In this document: positions 8,718 through 16,436 of the stretch, piece by piece
How positions within the stretch are numbered: the stretch's first letter is position 1
Layout: every line of letters starts with the position of its first letter
Sequence record: NC_004629.1
Source: Pseudomonas phage phiKZ
DNA length: 32,000 nt
Reading direction: 5' to 3' (one strand)
Program-made: the position numbers and the translations under genes
Notes under the pieces: generated by a model
The model's database searches: none
The model's input: the letters and a program-made list of their open reading frames with translations, nothing else
What the model was told of the DNA's origin: nothing

Positions 8718-10256
8718 ATGAAACCGATTCTTACAGCAGAACGATACACCCATGGTGTTCGTTTATCCGGTTACGATCGGGAAACATACTTAAAGATGAC
8801 TGGATATCTTAATAAACTGGTTTTAAAAGAACCTAAGAAGATACCTGGTCAACGCACCATAATGGAAATAAAGAAAAAATATTATGGTGAAACAGAAGAT
8901 GGTAAATCTGTATTCATCCATCGTGAATGTCTTCAAGAACTTATTAATTATCTGGCCGATAAGAATATACCATCTACTAGAATTGAAATTGTAGATATTC
9001 CTGTACCAACAGCTGTTAAAGTAGACTATACTTTATTTGAACATTATGTTCTAAGGGATTATCAGGAAACCATCCGCGAAGATATTCTAAGACCACATTT
9101 ACATTCAGCACGTGTTGATTTACAGACTGGTAAAGGTAAAACATTAACTAGTTTAGCTTCAGTTGCAGTAATGAAAGAACGTGGTGTTGTTATGATTCCA
9201 CCTAAATATTTCGGTATTTGGGAGAAAGCATTAAAAGAAACATTTGTTGGTTATGAAGATCAGCTAGGTATAAAATATTTAAAAGTATCTGGATCTGCTG
9301 AGTTACAGAATCTAATTAATCGCGGACTAGAGAATGATTTAGAGGGAGTTGAAATTATTCTCATTAGTTCTACAACATACCGTGCATATATCGATACTTT
9401 TGAACGATTAGGTGAAAAAATCGATGTAGTTGGATTTAATGTACCACCACCTAGATTCCATGAGGTTATTGGAGCAGGTTGGCAGATCAATGATGAGATT
9501 CAAGAAGATCCAGGATTAGTATTTCGTACTGATCTATATACCAATGTCAATAAACAAATCTATTTATCAGCTACTCCATACACTGGTAATCAGTTTGTTA
9601 CTAAAATGATTGATGTCATGCTACCTGCTACTACAAAGTGTAGGTTACCTGCATATGACTCATACATCAATGTTATTGGCTTGTTATATAGTGAACCAAC
9701 TATTAAACCTAAGGACTATTTAACTCCATTTAAAAATACATATAACCACGCTCGTTATGAAACAGTAATGATGAAGAACCCTAGGCGACTAGACTTCTAT
9801 CTAAAGATGGTTAAACGTATTGTAGATGGCGTTTATATAAAGGATCGTATTGAAGGTCAGAAATGTTTGCTATTATGCGCGACTGTAAACTTTATCGATG
9901 TACTGACAGATTATCTTAAGAAACAATATCCAGATCTTCAGATTAATAGACATGTTTCGGGTAGTCCGTATGATAGATTAATGACTAATGATATCACTGT
10001 ATCAACTATTAAATCATCTGGTACTGGTGTTGATATTAGGAATTTAAGGGAAGTTATTCTATTACAAGCAACTGACTCTAAAAAGGACAGTATCCAAATT
10101 CTTGGACGACTAAGACCATTGAAGAACTGGCCTGATGTAATACCAAGGTTAACATTCATGGTTTGTAATAACATACCTCATCATTGCAGATACGCTAGAA
10201 ATAAAGAAAATCATTTCATGGGTAAAACTAAAAGTATGCGCATGATGCGTTTATAG
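8718..10256 (+). CDS. SF2 DNA/RNA helicase
   Basis: Motif I LQTGKGKTLTSLA, candidate motif II NDEIQE, motif III IYLSATPY, motif VI-like SIQILGRLRPL. ATG 8718 (MKPILTAERYTHGVRLSGYDR) appears more natural than the upstream 8643 start, which overlaps the previous gene. Confidence 0.85.
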   Translation: MKPILTAERYTHGVRLSGYDRETYLKMTGYLNKLVLKEPKKIPGQRTIMEIKKKYYGETEDGKSVFIHRECLQELINYLADKNIPSTRIEIVDIPVPTAVKVDYTLFEHYVLRDYQETIREDILRPHLHSARVDLQTGKGKTLTSLASVAVMKERGVVMIPPKYFGIWEKALKETFVGYEDQLGIKYLKVSGSAELQNLINRGLENDLEGVEIILISSTTYRAYIDTFERLGEKIDVVGFNVPPPRFHEVIGAGWQINDEIQEDPGLVFRTDLYTNVNKQIYLSATPYTGNQFVTKMIDVMLPATTKCRLPAYDSYINVIGLLYSEPTIKPKDYLTPFKNTYNHARYETVMMKNPRRLDFYLKMVKRIVDGVYIKDRIEGQKCLLLCATVNFIDVLTDYLKKQYPDLQINRHVSGSPYDRLMTNDITVSTIKSSGTGVDIRNLREVILLQATDSKKDSIQILGRLRPLKNWPDVIPRLTFMVCNNIPHHCRYARNKENHFMGKTKSMRMMRL

Positions 10257-10262
10257 TAAATG

Positions 10263-10309
10263 GCATAAATGATCCCTCCCTTAGTTGGGAGGGATTATGC
10301 TTTTTTTTT
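10263..10309 (+). terminator. Rho-independent terminator
   Basis: ATCCCTCCC(ttagtt)GGGAGGGAT with outer GCATA/TATGC pairing, followed by a run of 9 T. Confidence 0.85.
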
Positions 10310-10375
10310 ATTTTTTGTATTTAAAGCATTTTAAACAGTATATTACAAATGTGATAAAACTATAGGGTATTTACA

Positions 10376-10441
10376 ATGAAGAAAAAATTGATTATGATTA
10401 CAATTGTAGTTATAGCTTATAAACTATGGGAGTGGAAATAA
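10376..10441 (+). CDS. Putative 21-aa membrane/leader peptide MKKKLIMITIVVIAYKLWEWK
   Basis: ATG to TAA; the stop overlaps the next ATG (TAATG at 10439-10443). Hydrophobic core with basic N-terminus. Very short, so uncertain. Confidence 0.35.
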   Translation: MKKKLIMITIVVIAYKLWEWK

Positions 10442-10698
10442 TGTATACAGTTGATCAGATCTTTGGTGCAACATGGCTTCTAGTCAGTACTTTGATCTTA
10501 GTTGATATTCTTCTAACATGCATGCTGATATTTATTATTAAAACATATCTTGAGTTTAAAGATATCTTTAATAAAAGTGCATGCCAGTACGCTATGCTTT
10601 TTCTCTCCGTAAGCATTGTATTAGTTACCATATGGGTAAGTACTATTGTTAGTTGCTGGACTAACTATTCACTGACATGTACAACTTATCTATTTTGA
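10441..10698 (+). CDS. Small membrane protein (2 to 3 predicted TM helices)
   Basis: MYTVDQIFGATWLLVSTLILVDILLTCMLIFIIKTYL...AMLFLSVSIVLVTIWVSTIVSCW; GGGAG upstream of ATG 10441. The track ORF starts at 10426. Confidence 0.6.
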   Translation: MYTVDQIFGATWLLVSTLILVDILLTCMLIFIIKTYLEFKDIFNKSACQYAMLFLSVSIVLVTIWVSTIVSCWTNYSLTCTTYLF

Positions 10699-10710
10699 TG
10701 AGGTGTCTAT

Positions 10711-10902
10711 ATGGCTCGGGTATTGTTATTTTTAGTACCACTATTAATTGCATTTAGTGGATTAATAACTTCAATTATATTTCTTGCTGCTGCTAAAACA
10801 ATCAAACAAAAAGCAATGATTGTAAGTGGCTTGATTTGCAGTATGTTTACCCTTATGTTAGGGTTGTGGTTATTTAATATGATAATCATGCATATTAAAT
10901 AG
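10711..10902 (+). CDS. Small membrane protein (63 aa)
   Basis: MARVLLFLVPLLIAFSGLITSIIFLAAAKTIKQKAMIVSGLICSMFTLMLGLWLFNMIIMHIK; preceded by GATGAGGTGTCTAT. Confidence 0.6.
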   Translation: MARVLLFLVPLLIAFSGLITSIIFLAAAKTIKQKAMIVSGLICSMFTLMLGLWLFNMIIMHIK

Positions 10903-10957
10903 ACATGCTATGTAAGAACAATTGATCATTGTTCTCTAATAATAAGAGCATCCCACT

Positions 10958-11152
10958 ATGGTCTTTTTGTGTCAACTTATAGTAATAGCCCTTGTGGCTA
11001 GTATGGGATATAAAAGTTATCAGATTTATCTTTATGTCAAGTTTGACTTAGATAAAGATAGTATTAAATCCCGGTATGTTCGCCAAAAGACACTGCTTGT
11101 TGTTTTATATGGCTTCTTTGCTTTATTTCCATTAGGATATCTGATGGTTTAA
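10958..11152 (+). CDS. Small membrane protein (64 aa)
   Basis: Two hydrophobic segments (MVFLCQLIVIALVASMGY / TLLVVLYGFFALFPLGYLMV). Start codon uncertain. Confidence 0.5.
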   Translation: MVFLCQLIVIALVASMGYKSYQIYLYVKFDLDKDSIKSRYVRQKTLLVVLYGFFALFPLGYLMV

Positions 11153-11158
11153 TAAATA

Positions 11159-11187
11159 TTACCCCGCCTTTTATTGGTGGGGTAATA
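11159..11187. terminator. Symmetric hairpin after small membrane gene cluster
   Basis: ATTACCCCGCC(ttttatt)GGTGGGGTAAT; no clean T-run. Confidence 0.5.
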
Positions 11188-11247
11188 TGCCATCTTTATA
11201 TCAAAAGACTTTTGAATATCATATCCCATCCTGACAAGGAGTAGACC

Positions 11248-11391
11248 ATGCAAGTACGAATTGAGGTAATCAATAGTGAGGGTAATCTGGATATCGAAGA
11301 ACGGGTTGATATCCACCCAATAAAAGGGTTAACGGCCTGGATGGTCGTTCTAGCTATCAAAGGTCTTGTAGCTAGCTTTGCACGTAAGTAA
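11248..11391 (+). CDS. Small hypothetical protein (47 aa)
   Basis: ATG preceded by ACAAGGAGTAGACC; MQVRIEVINSEGNLDIEERVDIHPIKGLTAWMVVLAIKGLVASFARK; terminator immediately downstream. Confidence 0.55.
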   Translation: MQVRIEVINSEGNLDIEERVDIHPIKGLTAWMVVLAIKGLVASFARK

Positions 11392-11402
11392 GACGACATA
11401 AA

Positions 11403-11443
11403 CCCCTCTCCATGTGGAGAGGGGCCTGTCTTTATTTTTTTTT
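11403..11443 (+). terminator. Rho-independent terminator
   Basis: CCCCTCTCC(atgt)GGAGAGGGG followed by cctgtc and a T-rich run TTTATTTTTTTTT. Confidence 0.85.
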
Positions 11444-13504
11444 ATTTAGTTAACGGCTTGTTTAATTCATTTAACTGGTTATTGTTATTAACAGCCTCAT
11501 TATGAGTAATATTCCTACATAATTCAATTATGTATTCTACCTCAGAATAAGCTAATTCAAAGAATTCAGTTAATGACATATTAGATAAGCTACCTACTTT
11601 ATACTTGAAGAAATCTCTAGTCAGTCTCCTTCTCAACCCACCTTCGATAAAATCCTCTTTAGGATTTACTTTATTTAACCACATGGGTCCGTTTTCTGGT
11701 GAACCGATATCGTAATCAAGTAGATATGCTTCTCTTGTTAAACGTGCTGCTGTAGACGGTCTTACTGCCCCTACTGTCGATAATAGTCTATCTAAGTGTG
11801 TATCATCTTCAGTTAACTTATCATAACCAAAGTTTGGATGTAGGATGTGGCCACTATCTTCCGTGAAAGTGGCCTCAAGACGACTATATCTCAGATCATT
11901 AACTACACCATCCGGTTTGACTTCGAGGCCGCCAAAGTAAAAAAAGTTGACAGCATGTCAATAGGGATTAAGTGTGGGAAACGTTCTTTAAATTTAGTAG
12001 CAGCAGGTGACTCACATACTGGACAATTCCAACTTGTAATTGCAATCATTCCAATTAGTTGTGAATCAATGAAGTTACTCACCGCATTAATAAAGCGGTC
12101 ATTATATTCCGGTGTGGATAGAATATTAGTTAAGAACTTTTCAATAGTTTCACGATTAGTGGTTGCAGTACGAATATTGTCTTCAGAACTTTCACCATCG
12201 TCATCTTCACGTACTTTAATTTCTTTAACAAAATGTGAGAACTGACGGGCAATAGAGATCTTTTGTAAACGTGCAATATACTGAGAACGTTGTGGTCCAT
12301 CAACCGGCTCATTAAAACTACCTTGAGTCATATCGATAATTGAGTTAATCCAACTATCACCAGACTCTCGGCGATCAGCAATTGTGCACATCTCAAGAAC
12401 AACACCAACGTCACCAAACATTTCAGTTACTTGAGTTTCAATACGGAATCCTTCTTTATAAGTCTTAAGATCAGATTCAGTGCATGCATTAAACTTACGT
12501 GCAATATATTTCTTTTGTTCTTCTGAGAATGCCAGTAGATCATATTGAACAAGCGTTGACATATTAAGTTTCGCTGTTTCAATATGGTTACATGTATTGG
12601 CATCTGCAATACATGGATAACTATAATTAAATCCATCTGGGTACATAGTCGCTGCTAGTGCATGATGTAAGAACGGCTCATCAGCTACTGAGATAACATG
12701 CTCTAGATCAGTTGGGGTGTTGAACTTATAGTTGGATTGAATAACACATGCAAGTGCTAAACTACTAACCATGTTAAGTAACACAGCTGCCATGTTTGAG
12801 AACAGCATACCTTTTGATTCAGCGCCTAGCCGGATCTTTAATTGTGCTAGACGTGCTTGTAGGGCAGCTACTTCAGTACCAGTAGGTGCACGTAGTTTTA
12901 CCCAAATACCTGAATGAGGTAGGAAAGTATCATATGGCGTACCGATGTTAGCTTTACGTGTTAGGAAAACTAGAGTTTCATCATCGGTCATTTTACGACC
13001 ACTGGTATTAAATACAGGTCGTCCAGGTCGAATGATCTTTTCACCATAAGGAATTTCACTAGACCATTCAGAGCCTTCTCGGGCAGTTGCACCAATTGGC
13101 GAATCTTCAACAATAGAGTGAGCTAAGCCCTCCAGAATAGCAGCTGTCCACTTTACACCATCACTAGTGTCATCTACTTTATTATCAGCAAATGCTTTAA
13201 ATAGTTCTTTATTGTGATCCAGGAAATTATAAACAGTCTGGGGATTCTCACGTAGTAAAGTAAGAATGCTAGCACTATCTTTAATAGCCGGTTCAGAAGC
13301 ATCCCGGATATTTCCAGTTTTAGCATTACGTGGAATACGTAGTTTAATTTCTTTTTGATCAGGAACGAAAGGTGGAGTTTCCACCTCGTCATTATTTTCA
13401 ATACTAGAGTCAGGATCGTGTTGCGCATTGATCTCATCAATTTGATCTAGTAAATTCTCTTCTGGAGTATCATCGTACTCATTATCGAAGTCAGCAGTAG
13501 CCAT
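11442..13504 (-). CDS. Phage structural/assembly-type protein encoded in two overlapping frames; candidate -1 frameshift product of 687 aa
   Basis: Frame A 13504 to 11903 (533 aa) contains the CPVC element SWNCPVCESPAATKFKERFPHLIPID. Frame B is open from 11939 to 11442 (165 codons plus stop: YFGGLEVKPDGVVNDLRYSRLEATFTEDSGHILHPNFGYDKL...PENGPMWLNKVNPKEDF...) with no ATG/GTG/TTG in its first 85 codons. The frames meet at T7 (+ strand A7, 11939-11945). Confidence 0.7.
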
Positions 13505-13515
13505 TTAAAACTCCA

Positions 13516-14010
13516 TTATTGTTGAATTAGTTTTTCGTCCCAACCAGCTTCTCGAAGAGTGCCGATCATCGCTAGGATTACACCATCAATACCGCGTTCA
13601 ATAGCACCTTCAATACCAGTGTATTTAGTAACAAGTTCACTGATGAGTTTTAGTTCATCTTCATTATTTGCTGGACCAACCTTACCTTGATGTTGTACAT
13701 ATAGGACACTGATAATTTTAGTTAGTCGATTAAGGTCAGCAATAACTGTTTGTAAGTTCTTTTGGAATCCAGTAGGATCAGATAACGTCGGAATGATTTC
13801 ATTGATCTTATTAATAACTGGATTAATGAATACTTCAGTTTGTAGAATACGTTTACCTACGGAACCTGCTAGTACATTGACAACATCCCAACCATCGCGG
13901 TTAAGAATATGATCAGCTGCGGCAGCTGATGCTCCAACTGCACGTTCAAATAGACGTAGCGTCTTTTCCTGTTCTTTAGTTAGAGTTGGTTCTTTAGCTT
14001 TATTTGACAT
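13516..14010 (-). CDS. Hypothetical phage protein (164 aa)
   Basis: Complete ORF, same strand and 11 nt upstream of the 13504 start; acidic/helical composition. Confidence 0.75.
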   Translation of the reverse strand: MSNKAKEPTLTKEQEKTLRLFERAVGASAAAADHILNRDGWDVVNVLAGSVGKRILQTEVFINPVINKINEIIPTLSDPTGFQKNLQTVIADLNRLTKIISVLYVQHQGKVGPANNEDELKLISELVTKYTGIEGAIERGIDGVILAMIGTLREAGWDEKLIQQ

Positions 14011-14180
14011 CTTGTTATACTCCGATAGAGGCTTAATTTAATATTTGCCAATATAAATTGACAAATGAAAAAATGATTAGTTCAACATATATTTAACACA
14101 TTTGGTAATTTTACACTATATTAAAGAATAACTATCTGTCCAACCCTATGTTAATAATTCCGTATAAAAAGGATATCGTC

Positions 14181-15038
14181 ATGAAAGATTTCATTGATAG
14201 TTATCTTACGCCTCTTATACATGAAGAGCGTAAAGAAGTTATCCTAGACTGCGTAGCATCTTTTGAAAAGATTAATTATGTTGCAGCTCTAGATGAACTA
14301 AATACAGTATGTCAGATTCAATCAGGTATCTCAGATAATGCAATGCTTCTTTCTCGCATTGATGATATCATTCGCATTGCACAAGATGAAATTCTAAATG
14401 AGCATCTTATTAAAATTAGTGATGAAGCAACTCAGGCTGAGCGGCAAGCTGTTGTTAATACACTCCTTAGTTTAGAAGATTACATTATTCCAGATGAAGT
14501 GAATGATATTCTGTTAGCTGAATATTCACCCGAAGAGACATTAGCGCATCTGGTAGAACTTATTGATACAAGTGTAGATTTCTTAAATATCATTGACTTA
14601 ATTGAAAGTGTATCGCCAACACTTATTAGTAATATTACATCATTTATTCAGTCAGTACTTACTACCCGTGGTCAAGCATATGGGAATGTAAGTAATATCG
14701 AACGGATTAATTTAATTAATCGCCTTATTCGTATTCATACGCGCGCATCATTTAAGTTAGCTATGGAACTAGTTAATGCAGGATTACGTGTTGGTAAAAG
14801 GAATATTGATGACCTATTACAAATTTCATTTGGCCCATTAGATGCTATGACGCCTATTGAAGTTGCTAAAGAAATTGTCGGATTGGTATTAATTTCAAAT
14901 ACTGAACAGAATGAAATTAGTAGAACGGTAATGGGTATTATAGATGATTTCACATCTAACAATATTGAACGATCTATTATGGAAAATGAAGCTAAAAAGA
15001 TTTTAAATAGCATAGGTGATACTAATGAAATTACGTGA
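14181..15038 (+). CDS. Hypothetical, probable virion-associated protein (all-helical)
   Basis: ATG 14181 with AAAAAGGATATCGTC upstream; the track ORF opens at 14148. End overlaps the next gene. Confidence 0.7.
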   Translation: MKDFIDSYLTPLIHEERKEVILDCVASFEKINYVAALDELNTVCQIQSGISDNAMLLSRIDDIIRIAQDEILNEHLIKISDEATQAERQAVVNTLLSLEDYIIPDEVNDILLAEYSPEETLAHLVELIDTSVDFLNIIDLIESVSPTLISNITSFIQSVLTTRGQAYGNVSNIERINLINRLIRIHTRASFKLAMELVNAGLRVGKRNIDDLLQISFGPLDAMTPIEVAKEIVGLVLISNTEQNEISRTVMGIIDDFTSNNIERSIMENEAKKILNSIGDTNEIT

Positions 15039-16374
15039 TTATTTTCTAATGGGTATCAATGCTGGATTAGATAAGAAACGAGCATGGGTTAACGTTTTAT
15101 TTAATATCGTTTATAACCCAAATGATGGTGGTGAATATCTATACAAGCCATATTTCAAAGATGGTAAAATGTTCTTCTATAAAGAAGGCGATTCTAATGA
15201 TGAAGTTGTTTATATCGACGATTATATTGAAGGTAAACAACCATTAGCATTTCGAGATGAATTCATTTTACAACCTGGTGAAATTGAAAACTATAAAGGA
15301 CCAGGTGCATTAAGAACAACTTATGGTAACGTTTTTGTTAACCATTTAGTATTATGTTTACCTTTCGGTGATCTGTTCCCATTCCAATCTGGTTATTTCG
15401 ATATTGGTAAAGTTGAGAAAGAAATTCTTAACCGCATGATCGATGATCCAATTGATGATGATAATCCACCGCGTGCAACTGATGGTAAGTTATATGTATG
15501 GCAATATCGGATGTTTGCAGATCATTGTTTAGCATTGCCAGCATATGCTAGTACCTTGGTAACATCCATTACTGAGAAATCAATGACCTCTGCACCAGAC
15601 AGAGATAAGTTACGCAAAGAACTAGAAGAGAAATATAAAGATCGGTTAGATGATCCGGCTGTTATTGCAGAGATGGGTAATGCATTAATCAAGCTAGATG
15701 AGGACTATCTAAAAGACGATCCTTCTTATGAGTTCTATGACACTAAACATAGTAAATTATTTGGTGGCGTGCGTAAGAAAGTATTTGGTATGTTTGGTGG
15801 GGAAGCGCCATTCCAAGATGGTACGTCAGTTGAATATATCGGTAAATCATTGGAAGAAGGCATTGACACTGACCATATGCCAGTAATGAATAACTCATTA
15901 CGTTATGGCTCATATAACCGTGGTGCACAAACAGCCCTTGGCGGTGAGTCAACTAAAACGATTTATCGAATGGTTGGTACAGTCAGGATTATTATGGAAG
16001 ACTGCAACACATGGATAGGTATTCCAACCAATGTTCATCAATTTAATAAGAAAGATTTCATTGGCTTGTCTTATGTTAAGAATGGGAAATCTATCCTTAT
16101 TGAAGAAACTAATATTGATGAACTAGTTGGCACTGAGATTGAACTACGTGGTCCAATGACATGTAAGGCCGGTGGTGATCCAGCTAATGGTGTAATAGGT
16201 AGAGGTAAGAACGTATGCGCTGTCTGTATGGGTAAACAAATGTCAGAGAACCCTAATGGCATACCGGCAGCGGCAGCAGGTGTTGGTGGTCGATTCCTAT
16301 CCATCTTCATGTCTAAAATGCACAGTGCTGTTCTTAAGACTGTTAAATGGTCTTATCGCGATCGCATCAGTTAA
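15025..16374 (+). CDS. Divergent RNA polymerase beta'-subunit C-terminal-like protein (virion RNAP type)
   Basis: ATG 15025 MKLRDYFLMGINAGLDKKRAW; zinc-type element GPMTCKAGG...KNVCAVCMGKQMSENPNG followed by GIPAAAAGVGGRFLSIFMSKMHSAVLKT, parallel to beta' 'CxxCYG...vGiiAaqSIGEPGTQLTLRTFH'. Confidence 0.72.
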   Translation: MKLRDYFLMGINAGLDKKRAWVNVLFNIVYNPNDGGEYLYKPYFKDGKMFFYKEGDSNDEVVYIDDYIEGKQPLAFRDEFILQPGEIENYKGPGALRTTYGNVFVNHLVLCLPFGDLFPFQSGYFDIGKVEKEILNRMIDDPIDDDNPPRATDGKLYVWQYRMFADHCLALPAYASTLVTSITEKSMTSAPDRDKLRKELEEKYKDRLDDPAVIAEMGNALIKLDEDYLKDDPSYEFYDTKHSKLFGGVRKKVFGMFGGEAPFQDGTSVEYIGKSLEEGIDTDHMPVMNNSLRYGSYNRGAQTALGGESTKTIYRMVGTVRIIMEDCNTWIGIPTNVHQFNKKDFIGLSYVKNGKSILIEETNIDELVGTEIELRGPMTCKAGGDPANGVIGRGKNVCAVCMGKQMSENPNGIPAAAAGVGGRFLSIFMSKMHSAVLKTVKWSYRDRIS

Positions 16375-16379
16375 AATAG

Positions 16380-16409
16380 ATGGAGAAGTTACTCAGCTTC
16401 TCCATTATT
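16380..16409 (+). terminator. Rho-independent terminator-like hairpin
   Basis: ATGGAGAAG(ttactcag)CTTCTCCAT followed by TATTT. Confidence 0.65.
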
Positions 16410-16436
16410 TAGATTATAACCCGAAAGGAACTAGTA

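Noticed and set aside
10707-10889. 60-aa minus-strand ORF opposite the small membrane gene
   Set aside because: Shadow of the + strand hydrophobic ORF, which has the better ribosome binding site.
11442-11684. 80-aa ORF as an independent gene
   Set aside because: Its frame is open for 85 further codons upstream with coding-like content. The ATG at 11684 has no obvious Shine-Dalgarno and is more likely an internal methionine of the frameshifted product.
11847-12245. + strand ORF (132 aa) overlapping the minus-strand structural gene
   Set aside because: Entirely antisense to a long coding ORF, Ser/Ile/Leu-rich composition typical of a mirror frame, and no ribosome binding site of note.
14011-14180. 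Possible divergent promoter (TTTTACACTATATTAAAG around 14111-14127)
   Set aside because: AT-rich and suggestive, but the phage RNAP promoter consensus could not be established from one region, so it is not reported as a feature.
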